DNA from: Chrysomallon squamiferum
Taxonomy: Eukaryota > Animalia > Mollusca
Assembly (NCBI GenBank): GCA_012295275.1
Contig: CM022671.1
Span: 13,640,001 to 13,704,000, forward strand
Direction: 5' to 3'
Length of the DNA: 64,000 bases
This document shows positions 1 through 12,434 of this stretch, in pieces; the stretch's first letter is position 1; the number at the start of each line of letters is the position of its first letter. The notes beneath the pieces are model-generated. The model did no database searches. It was not told the DNA's origin and was given only the letters and a program-made list of their open reading frames with translations. A program made the translations under genes and the position numbers.

Positions 1-3000
1 TGGAGGGTATGTTGTTTTCATTATGATTAAGTAATACACCGTGCTTACCATTTCAGTTTGTATGATAAATATTTTTTACTTTTAATAGATTGTTATACAT
101 TAGTGTTTTGGGAGTATTTACTTTATAAATATTAATATACTTGTATATATTTATTTATTAAAGGTATTTTTCTCTTTCTGTTAACTTTGAAGAAAACAAA
201 AATTCAGTTTTTTTTTCTTTTTTTTTCAGTTTTGTGAATTATGTTGAGTTTCACCCAAGTGGTACGTGTATTGCCAGTGCAGGAACTGATGGCAGTGTTA
301 AAGTGTGGGACATCAGAATGAACAAAATATTACAGAATCACACAGGTCAGAAATAATTCCTAATTTTTCTTTTTCTATAATAGATACATGTAATAATATT
401 TTAAATGTTACAACTTTAGACAAAATAATATAATTTAAGTTCAAATAAACAGATTCATGACTCAGAATATAAAAGATATATTACATATAATAGTTTTCTG
501 GCAATTGCCAAATTTCCAGCAGTCAGCGCTGTCAGATAACAAAAAAATTATACTGTTTTTTAATAATTTCAGCACAGTTCAAGCTTTTATCTTGGGATAA
601 AAATTATTTTCAGGCAATTTTTGAAAAGGCAGTCATTTTTACACAGGTTGAATAACAAGGAAACGTAGATAACAATAACATAAAAGCTAGATTTTAACCT
701 TTTTTTACATTCTAATTTAAGCATTCATATTTCTCAGCTATATTTATTTATGTAAATGTGATTTCTATAATGTTATTTAAGCTCACTCGGCTCCAGTCAA
801 CAAAGTGTCTTTTCATGCCAGTGGTAACTATCTGCTCACTGGGTCAGATGATGCCACAATCAAAATATTTGATCTGCTGGAGGGAAGAATCTTGTATACA
901 CTACATGGGCATCAGGTAAATCTTTTGTAAATTAATATTGTTCAGTCTTTCCACTGCTCTCACTTGTAAACCATCTCTGTTCTGTTCTTTTCTTTCTTTT
1001 CCCACATCACTTCTCTTTTACATTTTTTATGATAGTTTTAAGTGAAATATTGTGCATAATATTAATAATATACTGAAAACCTGCATGTTTAGCAAACAGA
1101 TGATTTTGTAAACTAAGAGCTTATCTGAATAATTTAACATTATTACTTCAGAAATATGTTTGGAAGAAATCATTTTGTTTTGATTATTTTGATCAGTGTT
1201 TCTTTTTGTGTAACTTCACTACATAATTGAACAATTCTTCATGCTTCTGAAACCATAAATATTTAAATTAGCTGACGTCAACCTTCAACATTATTTGAAA
1301 TGTGATTCTGAAGAAAGAAAAAGTGTGTAAAAAATCAGTGCTTTAGATATCTGTGCTTTCTATTAAGAATAAACAGAGCAATATTTTATTCTCATATCTT
1401 ATTCTCTTTTTATCTCTTTTATTAATTTAAAAGTAACTGTTACAGTATAATTTTCACTATCATTATCAGACTGATATTTTATTAATAATACACTTGTGTA
1501 TTTTATTTTAGGGACCAGTCACAGCAGTAGCATTTTCAAGGAATGGAGAATATTTCTCATCTGGGGGATCTGATGAACAGGTGAGTTTCTTTAAATATTT
1601 TATTTTATTTCATTGTGTTCATTTATTTTATTATTTATTTTTATTTACATGTTTTTAGGTTTTATTTTCATTTTTTAATGTTTTAAATTTTTAATTTTTA
1701 TATAGTTTCTTGATTTTTAAATTTAAAATAAATAAATAACAATCTTTAGTTTATTCTCTTCTGTTTGTGTAATCAGCAAGCACTACTGAACATAAATACA
1801 AGATATTTTTAAAATTCTTTGACCTGAGTGAACTCTGTTGTATTTTCAGAAAATTTATATATATTAATTTTTAAATAATAATTACAAAATTTGGGTTTTT
1901 TTCAGGTCCTGGCCTGGAAGACAAACTTTGATCAAATTGATTTTTCTGAAGTTCTGTCTCAGAGGAAGAAAGACAAAGTTCCCCCTACCATTGAAGACAT
2001 CCCACCAAGAGTGAAGACAAAATCCAAGTCACCCAAACGAGTGAATAGTTTTTAATCTTTATTTAAATAACTTACTTGTATCACCTCAGTAACACTAAGC
2101 TTGAAAGGAATAGACTTATCATGATAACTTTTGAAGGAGAAATTTATTTTTAAAGTCTACACTAATAGAGTAAATGATTACAATATATCTTTCTTTCAGA
2201 TTATTTTAAACTAGGCAAATAACTTATTTTATAACAAATTTTTATCAATCACATTTCTATAATATTTGAGTGCAATGATGTGTCATAAATGATATAACTT
2301 TAAAAAAATAATGTGTATATCAATTAATATGTTTTCAGTATGATTTAGATGTAAAACAAAAATTCCAGTTCAGAATAAAATGGATTGTATCAAGAAATAC
2401 TTATTAATCACTGGAGTTACTGTTGTTGAAACAGAGTTAAGGACTAGTTTGAAATTAAAATCTCTTCCTTTTAAAAGCAGTTAGTTTTCAGTTGCTCTCT
2501 TTGGTTACATAAGAGTTACTCTTTGGTTCTCATTAGAAATTTTATTGTAAGAAATTATCATACTGTAATTTGAATGAGCCAATCACATAGCATTAAAAAA
2601 TAATTAAGTTATTACGTATTCATACCACCTGAACTTTTGATGTACTGAAATTAAATGTATATACTAATGGATACAGAATTAATTATTTATAGGACTTAAT
2701 TTCCTTCATAAAATGTCATGTTAACAATATGAACACAATATCTGTAAACTGAAAAAATGAAAAGACACTTAACAACTGAAAATAATTATAATGTACAGGA
2801 TATACTGTAATTTAGTAATGGCAGGTTGGGTTTGGTGCATACTTTAGTTGGTTTTGGTTTATTACAGCTAGATGCAAAGTATGCTGTTCACAACATGGAT
2901 GATGAAGAGACAGCTATAACTGATGTTGGACCTGCTTTGTTTTCATCTGAGGTCCGTAAAACATCCAGTAGATATACTGATGTATTTCACAGTGTATTAG

Positions 3001-4582
3001 AATTAGCTTAGTCCATTATGTGTGTCGGTGTGGGTGTGTATGTATATTTATATATTTCATCATTTATTTTATTATTAATAAAAGTTATATTTAATTTATA
3101 GATGTATGTATGTATGCATGTATGTATGTATTATTTCATCTTTATTTACTTCTTTATTAAGAAAAGTTGTATTCATATTTAATAACATATATAACAGCTT
3201 AGTTTATGTTTATTCTGTTATAATACAGATGAGTCAAACTTTGAAGATAAATGGTTTTGAAAGGTGTTTTGAATTTAATGATTTATGAATATAATGAAAA
3301 TAGAGTGTATGAAATCAGGAATGATTCTTTTCTTTGTTTTACAGAGCTTTTAACAAGTAATCTTTTTATAAAAACTTGTACAAAAAGAAAAACAGACAAC
3401 AATACATCATAATGAAATATTTTATATACAGATAATAGAATTATAGATAGTTACATATTACCAAATGCTTTGTTATAGCTTTAACTGCTGCATATTCTTT
3501 TTTTAATGTTAGTGAGCATGGTGGTTATTAGAGGGTTAAGAAAACTGGAAGTAGCTGCCAGAATTCATTACTTTATAAAAATTTGAAAGTCATAAAATAT
3601 TGGTTTAAAAATAATATAAAAAGGAATTGTACACAGTTACTTTCTTTTTGAATGTTCTGTATCTTGATGGTCACTGTGCTGATCTGACTTTCTAAAGTCA
3701 AGCAGTGAGTTTTCCATAGTTAGTCCACTGGACTGCCCTCATTCCAGTCAGTGCCCCATACACTGCTTCTTCACTGTTCTTTCCTTTTATGGAAAACAAG
3801 TGCAAAATATTTTATACCTCTAGATACATTTAAGAATAGACCATATGATTTTAGTTTTCATCTTTCCTACCCTTATGATAAAGAAGAACCCACAAGCTTT
3901 ACGTTAAAATGTGCTGAAAGACTGTTAAACTAATTGTTTCAGAGTGCCTTCCAGTGTCCATCTGACTATGATATGCTGGCAGACAGAGGTGGATCTCGAC
4001 ATGGAATAGACCAAGATATGCCCAGATCAAACCGATCTGTGACACAGCAACTAGAGTCACGATCTCTACCACCACAACTTACACAGTTCATGGAAACAAT
4101 TGCTGGACAGCTGGACATACTAACACAAGTATTATTTTGACTTTTAACAAGCACCTGAATTCAATCATGTAATATCAGTATTTGTTACTGCTCATTATTC
4201 TCAGTTTTCTATACTGATGATACATATTTTTGAAGTTATTTTAGAGACTGTTTTGATTTTGATGTCCTCTGTTCTGAGAATATTTGACTTGTTAAAATTA
4301 TCTCCATTGTATCCTTTTATGTCTTCACCAGTTACTGTTCTTAGTTATTTCAGTAAATGTGAGTTCAGATTTTGTTTTATTAGACTGCTTTTTTATTGGA
4401 AGGCTTTATATTGAAAGTACATGTATGTGTGTCTGTGTGAGTTCAGATGTTGAATAATTATATATTTTATTTTTCAGACTGTTTCTTTGTTAGAACAGAG
4501 ATTAACCATGACTGAAAACAAACTGAGAGAATGTTTAGATAACCAGCAGAAAATCACTCTACAAGTTCGACCCACAGACTGA
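1..4582 (+). CDS. POC1: POC1 centriolar protein homolog (WD40 repeats plus C-terminal POC1 coiled coil); 5' end lies outside the window
   Basis: Phase-consistent GT-AG exons: <1-6, 230-345 ([38 protein letters not shown]), 782-915 ([45 protein letters not shown]), 1512-1580 ([23 protein letters not shown]), 1906-2040 (VLAWKTNFD...), 2868-2951 (donor uncertain, alternative 2981), 3943-4128 (...[13 protein letters not shown]), 4478-4582 ([34 protein letters not shown]). The WD40 segments and [17 protein letters not shown] match vertebrate POC1A/B as I recall them. Confidence 0.95.
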
Positions 4583-4978
4583 TCCATTATCTATTGAAAG
4601 TCAATAACTTAAGTTATAAATTATTCACTTTATACATCACTTACCTCTCTGACATTATCATAACTGAAAGAAGTAACTATTTCTGTTGGGGTTTTTTTAT
4701 TTGTTTATTTATTTATTTATTTTTAAACTGTTATTTAATTATAACAGGATTATAATTTTCTTCATTTCCTTCATTTTAAATGTTTTGTAAATGTAACTAA
4801 TTGATAAAAATGTTTACCATTATATATATATTACATAGATTAGATTAAGACTGGTGACTATCTTTTTTTTTTCTGCATCACTAAGTATTAAACAATGAAA
4901 AGAAATATTTATACAAGAAAATTCATAATTATGCAGTTACTTATGTAATTCATTTTTAGTTATTATTATTATTTGTTA

Positions 4979-5016
<38 letters not shown>

Positions 5017-7714
5017 GTTTTCTTATTGTTTTCTTTTTAATGTAGAATAGAAAATCATCTTTTTCAACTGTTTGGCGTTTTTGTGTGGTTTTTTTTAGGT
5101 TGAACTGAAATTCAGAATAAACAACATTTAGTCAGTAATCACTTTATTTCATATTACCAAGACAGTAACACCTCTGTGTTAAGTAAATGAATAAATGAAT
5201 GAATCTGTGATAGTAGTTTGTTTATCTAAAACTATATAACTATAATGGCTAATAATTGTAGTTTGTTGATTAATATTAAAATAGGTTTAGATTACATACT
5301 GTGTTAATTATATTCATCTACAGTATACATTTCTTTCTTATTTTTTTTGCTTATACTATTTATTTGTTTCTGGTAACATGTTTTTGGTACTAATAAAATA
5401 TGGCAATAATATAAGGTTTGTGTGGATGCTTGTGACATTTTCCTTACTGAAGTTTTACAGAGATTAATTTCTTACAATGAAATGTAAGAAATCCAAATAA
5501 TGATAATAAAAGCTTGACTGCGTATATTGTTTAACTCTTCTATTTACTAAATGAAAATAAGATTTAAAAAATAATGTAGATATATATATTTAAAGCCATT
5601 TATTAAATACTTGAGAGAAGTCAGTTTCTGTTTTTATCCAATACTGACGTTAATCTGTAAAGGAGTACCCAGATAATTATTTACCAGGATGAGTGGTTGG
5701 GTAGGTAAATTCAAGTAACACAAGTATGGCAGTAATATACTGTTCTTTGTGTTCTTAATTAGTTTGAGGAAAAGTTAATCTAGTTTGGCATGTAGAAGTT
5801 AAGTGATGAAAATTGTAATTTTCTTTTAATAAATAATATTACTTCAGTACCTATTTGGTACATTTACGGCATTGTTCCATGTATAGCAAATAAAATGTAG
5901 AACTTATTGATATTTATATACCTATTTTCATCATTTTTTATTTATTATTATTATTTTTTTAAACTGTACATTAAAATTTATATATTCATATTTTAGATTA
6001 TGCTGTTGTTTGTTTTTGAATTTAGTTATATACTCTGTGTTTCTGAAATATTTTTTTCGAAGAATTGTATTTGATATTTGGATCCTCGTCATTCGGGAGC
6101 ATTGTGCACAGAAAGGTTTTAAAATATAGCATTTCAGTCCTATTTAATTCCTTATGGAGAGTATATTGAGAAAATATGGTACACAAATATATCGATCAGA
6201 AAATGAAAAATGGTAAAGTACCTTTGTATCTGTGATCAGCAATCTAAATTTTGAAATAGCTACAGAGGTTATTGAGATTAACAGATTTCATCAGTCACAC
6301 AATAATATAATTATAATATTAACTAATTTTGCATACTAACTGATGAAATATATAAAACATACATTATTTAAAGGCATAAATATTATCTTGTTTAAATGAT
6401 TATAATCAATTCCTTCACACTCAAATTATTACTGACAAAATTATAATGAATCTTCCTGACGAAAAATAGCAATAAATAAATACTACAAACAAATATTCAA
6501 AAAAAAAAAAGTAAAACTCATTAAATAAAAATTAAAAGTTTATAGCAATGTTTTATTTCTGACATCTATAGCTGATGTACTATGTTCTGTGTCATTAAGC
6601 AGGTATGCATTGATTAATTCAATCTGTAACATGTAATAAGTCCAAATGAGAAACATCAAGACACTGCTTTTGTTAAAAGCATAAAAACTTCACTGATACC
6701 CTGTTCCGTATAATATATTGCTTTAATCATTGTGTGATATGCAAAAGTCGGTGATAAGAAGTATTATCATTTTTTCAATCTTTAAACGCCTCCTTGGTAG
6801 AAACCAATAAATGTCAGGAATTGATCACTATTATATTTTCCGTAGTATCAGTTATGTAATTTAAATTTCAACCATTATTTCTTAACCTGTATACAGCAAG
6901 CATTTTCCTCAGAGCTTTTTGATAAAATATTTTAGGTACATAATTGCATGATAATATTTCTAACATCAGTAAATGACAGTTTATTCGTGTTATGGCTTAT
7001 CAGTTGACTTATTCATGTTAATAAATGGTTGTTATATTTATTTTTATTTTATTATTATTCAGTAACCTGCATTGGGCAATGTTTATTACAAACTGAATAC
7101 ATTAAGCCGGATATCCTTATATTTTCCGCAGTAACTGAGTAAAGGCGCCGCCTGGGCACAAAAGGTATGCTTGGCCTAAGCTTAAATTGAATGGGTTTTT
7201 TTTTAATTAGGATAAAATATTCTTACAGTCATTGATTTTCCCATATTAAAGATCCCTAGCTGTTCAAAGAAAAAGAGAAGTCTACCGTGGAAGCATTGAG
7301 TTTTGTCTCTTATTGGTTTGTTCATTCTTGTAATTAGAAATTAAAATTAATTACACAATTTTCAGGGTACATTGTTTATTTTCGTTGTTACTATGAAAGC
7401 TCGCGTAACTATCTTCGATGTCGCGACACAAATTTTCTTCAGCTCTTATAATAATAATTTAATCCCTGTTATGGTTGTATATATTTGCTTCTTAAATTAA
7501 TAGTCTCATTCACTCTCGCGTCAAAATATTGAACATTCAGAAATGTATTCATGTCTTTCTTCATTGTCATGTTTTATACTTCTGTAAAACATTTTAAATA
7601 AATAGAAAACTGAAAAGCTTTAAATAGCATGGACCAACAGGAACAATAACTCGTAACGGCACAAATTATGTCACGGAAAAAAGCCTCAAGAAATTTCGCC
7701 GATTTAATGGGTAC

Positions 7715-8950
7715 AATTTTTTCTGATTTTAATTTCAAATAATACGAAAAAAAAAAAAAAAAAAAAAAAAAAATCAGCACATAATGAAAGCTGTAGCAAA
7801 AAGAATGAATACGACAGGTATTTGGTTGGTGTTCAGCCTAATTTTGGCTAATTAGCAGAAAGGGCTACTTTGGCCAACTGTGGTTTGAAAAGTACTTGAC
7901 ACAAAAGGCTGGAAATCAACAAGAGTGATGGCACCAACTTGCTAAATGAGCTCAGTCTTTTTCAGACCTGTATGTTTGTATGTGTGTTCACAATGACATG
8001 CTAAACATGCCGAAATCTTCAAAATGACACGGCAGAATGACTAAAAGTGAAAATAGACACTGTGGTTTCAGTTTTTGTCATTTGAAAAATTCAACCTGTG
8101 TTGTGAACAATTTATCAAGATCTTTCAAATGACATACTTGAATCTAACATTTTTACTACAATTTTTTTTTTTCCGCCAAGCCCATAAAAAAACATTACCT
8201 TTTCAATTTATACAGACTCGACAATTAAACTTTATTTACATACGCAGCTTGAATCTTCACTCTATTAAATAATTAGTAGTAATAGGTTAAGATACTGTGA
8301 GGCACACACGTCACTTAAAAGGTCTACAAGCATTTGATGTTTAACCATAACCCTTTGCAATACAGCTAATACAGTGAACTCCAGAAAGGTGTTGCAGGTA
8401 ATTAGGTTTAATTACGGACAATAAAATATATGTGATCATGAGACTAGAGGCAATTAAAGATAGAGGTGTTATAAGTCTGTCATGTGAAGCAAACATAAAA
8501 TAATTTTCTTAGCTTTGTATTTGCTGTGATTTGACAGCAAACAATTGTTGTGTAGCATCTGACCATTGTTGCAATTTTCTCTGATAGAGCTTTTCAACAA
8601 GCAAAAATAATGTTTTAAAACTGATCAATTTATGATTTTATATTTTAAAAAAAGTGATTATATTTTTATTCAGCATTCCATCAATACCTCTGAATACATT
8701 GTTCTATTATATAGTATAGTTTGTTATGTTTACGATTCTTAATTGTAATCGACGGTTTTAAACAGAAGATAGTAATCGTCAAAACAATGTTTATTTCGTG
8801 ATTTCGCTATGCACGTGCTATAATAGATAGCTAAAAGTAGGGACATTGAAGAAAAACATACAGCCAAAAGCTATTAAGAATATAAACAACATGTTACATA
8901 TGAATATAATCATTTTAAACATCGCCAGACCTTTCTAGCTGTACGCAAAA
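7715..8950. mobile_element. ~1.25 kb interspersed repeat, copy 1 (probable non-autonomous DNA transposon fragment); inverted relative to 23740-25045
   Basis: Reverse complement aligns to 23740-25045 along its length. For example, the block at 7840-7955 (ttttggctaattagcagaaagggctactttggccaactg...gctaaatgagctcag) matches 24757-24870. No intact ORF was seen. The TE identity is inference. Confidence 0.7.
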
Positions 8951-10392
8951 TAATTTAATTTGGAAGTTTAAAAATTTCCGTAAACTCACTGAAACTTTCG
9001 ATCGAAATCCAAGATGGCAACGTTGAACGCCGATTAGTGTTGAAAAACATTTAAATAAGTAAGCCTTCATAATGCAATCAATTCTACATGAGTTATTAAA
9101 AGTAATTTCGTGAAATATGTCATTTAATCAATACCTCGTATACATGTTATTGAGTAGAAATTGCTGCAAAGGTCTAAATTTTTTTTTTTTTTTTTTTTTA
9201 CTTTGACGTCATACCATCTCGTACACGTTTCGTACTATATATTTTTTTCAGATTTTATTACGTCGCCAAAAAAAAAAAAAAAATATATAAAACAAATAAA
9301 TAAATAAATAAAATAATAATAATAAAATAAAAAAATAAATAAATAAATAAAATAATAATAAAATAAAATAAAATAAAATAAATAATGTTCGCAGACACTG
9401 GCGCGTGAATATGAAGATGACTGTTCTCATTAGATACCATAATGTGGACACGTTACTCTGCTAAAACTCCATAGCAGAAGTTGTAAAAAGATACTTGAAA
9501 CCATTATAATTTTTTTTTTTTTTATAATATTTATTTCCATTTCCAATGCTTTAGAGGTCGTATTTAAATGTAAAAAGCAAATTGATCACGTGTTATTTGA
9601 ATTATTGTCTTGATATATTCATTATAACGCTTGAATCAGTTTTACAACAGAAAACGTTAAAAAACCCAAATTAAATTAAAAATTAAAGGTCCGTCAACCG
9701 GCCTTATACATTTTTTTATTAAAATTAAATTTTCCCTCATTTTCGTAAAAAAAAAAAAAAAAATTCAACTTCTAAAATATGAACTGTTATGTATGCATAA
9801 AAAAAAAAAAGAGTTAATTCCCTTTGGCCATTGTCCCCACCCTCTCCACCCATTTACCACTAAACAATTAATGAATAAATTAATTAATCATTTCAATATC
9901 CCATCAGTATTCTTCTTGCTATTACATACTTTAGAAATTTTATTGAAATCAGTTGTTTTACTTTGTTATAACTATATTAATGAAAATACATATATAGCTG
10001 TCAATGACAGATCAGAGTATTGAAAACAGCATATTACATGCAAAATAGGTAACTTTTTTTATCATTGCGTAATACCTTCATTATCAGTTACAAATTAATA
10101 AGCTGAAAGTTACAAACTATTATGTAGCACTGTAGTTTTTAGTTCAGTTTATCGGATGTATATAAATATATATATATATATATAAAACAACAGTTTGATA
10201 CATATACGTTTAGAAAATCACATTAAAATATGTGGTGTATACTTATGTATATTAATTAATACTATTTAACTGTTATGGACGGTTACTGTGACATTTACCT
10301 AAAGAAAGAAAAAATACTGTGTAGGAGAAATAGGTTTTAAATGTACAGTGGGAATAGGTCAGATGCAGTCAAGAAAATCCGTTGTAATATAG

Positions 10393-10554
10393 GAGGCATT
10401 CATCACAAGAAATCGGTGCCTAATTTTGACGAAAGCTAAACGATTACGGCCCCTAAGTATTTTATATCCTTCTCTACAGAGCCTTAAGGACAGTTAAGAA
10501 TTATCAAATAGGTCCTCAAATTTTTTTCTTGGTGATCATGTTTAAATTCGGCCC
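10393..10554. mobile_element. Possible small MITE remnant
   Basis: Imperfect terminal inverted similarity (cattcatcacaagaaa ... tttcttggtgatcatg) around a CpG-containing core. Weak support. Confidence 0.25.
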
Positions 10555-12201
10555 GAATTAAGTATCTAATAAACTAGCTATTGTATATAAACCAAGACTG
10601 TTTCAGTGTGGTATGGAGAGATTGTTGTACTTTATCAGAAAGAACATTTATCGTACTTTCTGACGCAGACGTTTGCTGTCAAATGAAACATTAATAAAAA
10701 AAATATATAAATAATAATAATAATAATAAAAAGAAACCCCACAAACCAGTAAACAGTAATTTTCAAGTGCAAGAGAAGTTAAAAAAGCAATATTATAACA
10801 ACATTCTTTAAACTGAAAATTGTGAACCGATAAGGTAAAGGCTGGAGAAACAGTGGACAATATTGATAATCAATATTAAACCGTTAATATTTTCATTTTC
10901 TTTATTCAATATAAACTAAACTGTCTTTCCTTCTGATTTATATCATCATACGTATATCCATGGTTTGTGCATTGTGTGCATAAATAAATATAGACTATTT
11001 ACTGAACAACACCCCGAAGCATATTTTAACTTAAAAGTATATTTAGTTTTACAAAAGACTTTAGCAGTTATTAAATTTCAGCATCTGAATTTCACCTTTA
11101 AACTGCTCTCGTCAAAGTAAAGAGAAAAGAAAACAAATCTTAAGAGTTTAAGAATTTTTGATCCACAATAACCTTATAAAAAATAGTGACTATCTGAAAA
11201 GTTTTTAAACCTCTTCTTCAACGAATGATGGTAATTATAACGTGGAGCCGAGTCCTAGTACTCTGTGTAACCCGATCTGCTTTCAGCGGTCGATAAATCT
11301 ACTGATCTGAAGAGACTGGTGAGAAGAATAAAACCAGATAATTAGAAAGAAAGAAAGAGTCTGAGTGACTGCATATAAATCGAATTACACTTTGTTTGTT
11401 AGCTAGGAGAGAGACTGAGTTTTGGTTACTGGCTGCAGTAAGTTTTATTTTAAGATCTTTATTATTTTATTTGTTTGCACAGGTAAAATTCATAATTTTG
11501 ATTGTTTTCTAACTAAGGTTATTTATATATATATTTTTATTATTAATTTTTTCACTTCTGATGTCATGTGTTTCTTCTTTATACTTATATTAATTATATC
11601 TCTTTTACTATTGTTGATGATGTTCCTTCTTTTGTTACTATGGCTAATATTAAGACTTGTTATTAATACTAAAATTCTTAAAATTATTATTCTTATATCG
11701 TTGTTCTTATTAGTACTCTCTTATTAATTATGATAGTTTTAGACAACGTAATCAGAAAAACAAATCCTTGTAGCAAGTTATATATAATCGAATAAAAATA
11801 TTAAAAATTTTGTAAAAAAAATTAATGATGATTTTTTTCAAAAACCCCAGATTAATAAAAACTCCAACAAACAAGATATTACAAATAAATCCATAGCCAT
11901 TTTCACACCGTTACAGGTAGTTGCTTAAATTGCAAATAGTAGTTGTTAGAAGCTAAAGTAAATGAAAACGTTCTGATAAAATGAACGACAAATATATGAA
12001 AATATATACAGTATTAATAACAAAAGTCTTAATATTAGCCATAGTAACAAAAGAAGGAACATCATCAACAACAGTAAAAGAGATATAATTAATATAAGTA
12101 TAAAGAAGAAACACATAAATATAGATTTATTTGAATTCGGTTTATTGCATTATTGTATTAGCTTATTTGTTAGCACATTTGTTTACATTGTTTTTAGGTC
12201 T

Positions 12202-12234
<33 letters not shown>

Positions 12235-12434
12235 CAGTCAGGCACTCCACCGCATTAGTCCATCATATCGAAGCTCATTATTAATAACATTAAATGGTGT
12301 TTTTTTCAGCAGTTTCATAAAAACAGTTGGTTGTTATAATTTCCACTTTACTGTCTCGGTCCATTTTCAAATCTGTATTTTATCATTCCAGCTTTAGAAC
12401 CTCTGTTTTCAAGCCACCGTTTAAAATAATAGTT

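Noticed and set aside
11422-11482. Signal peptide exon for paralog A (FYFKIFIILFVCT)
   Set aside because: It is hydrophobic and ends at a phase-1 donor, but there is no in-frame ATG and a TGA lies two codons upstream. I treated it as untranslated unless cDNA shows otherwise.
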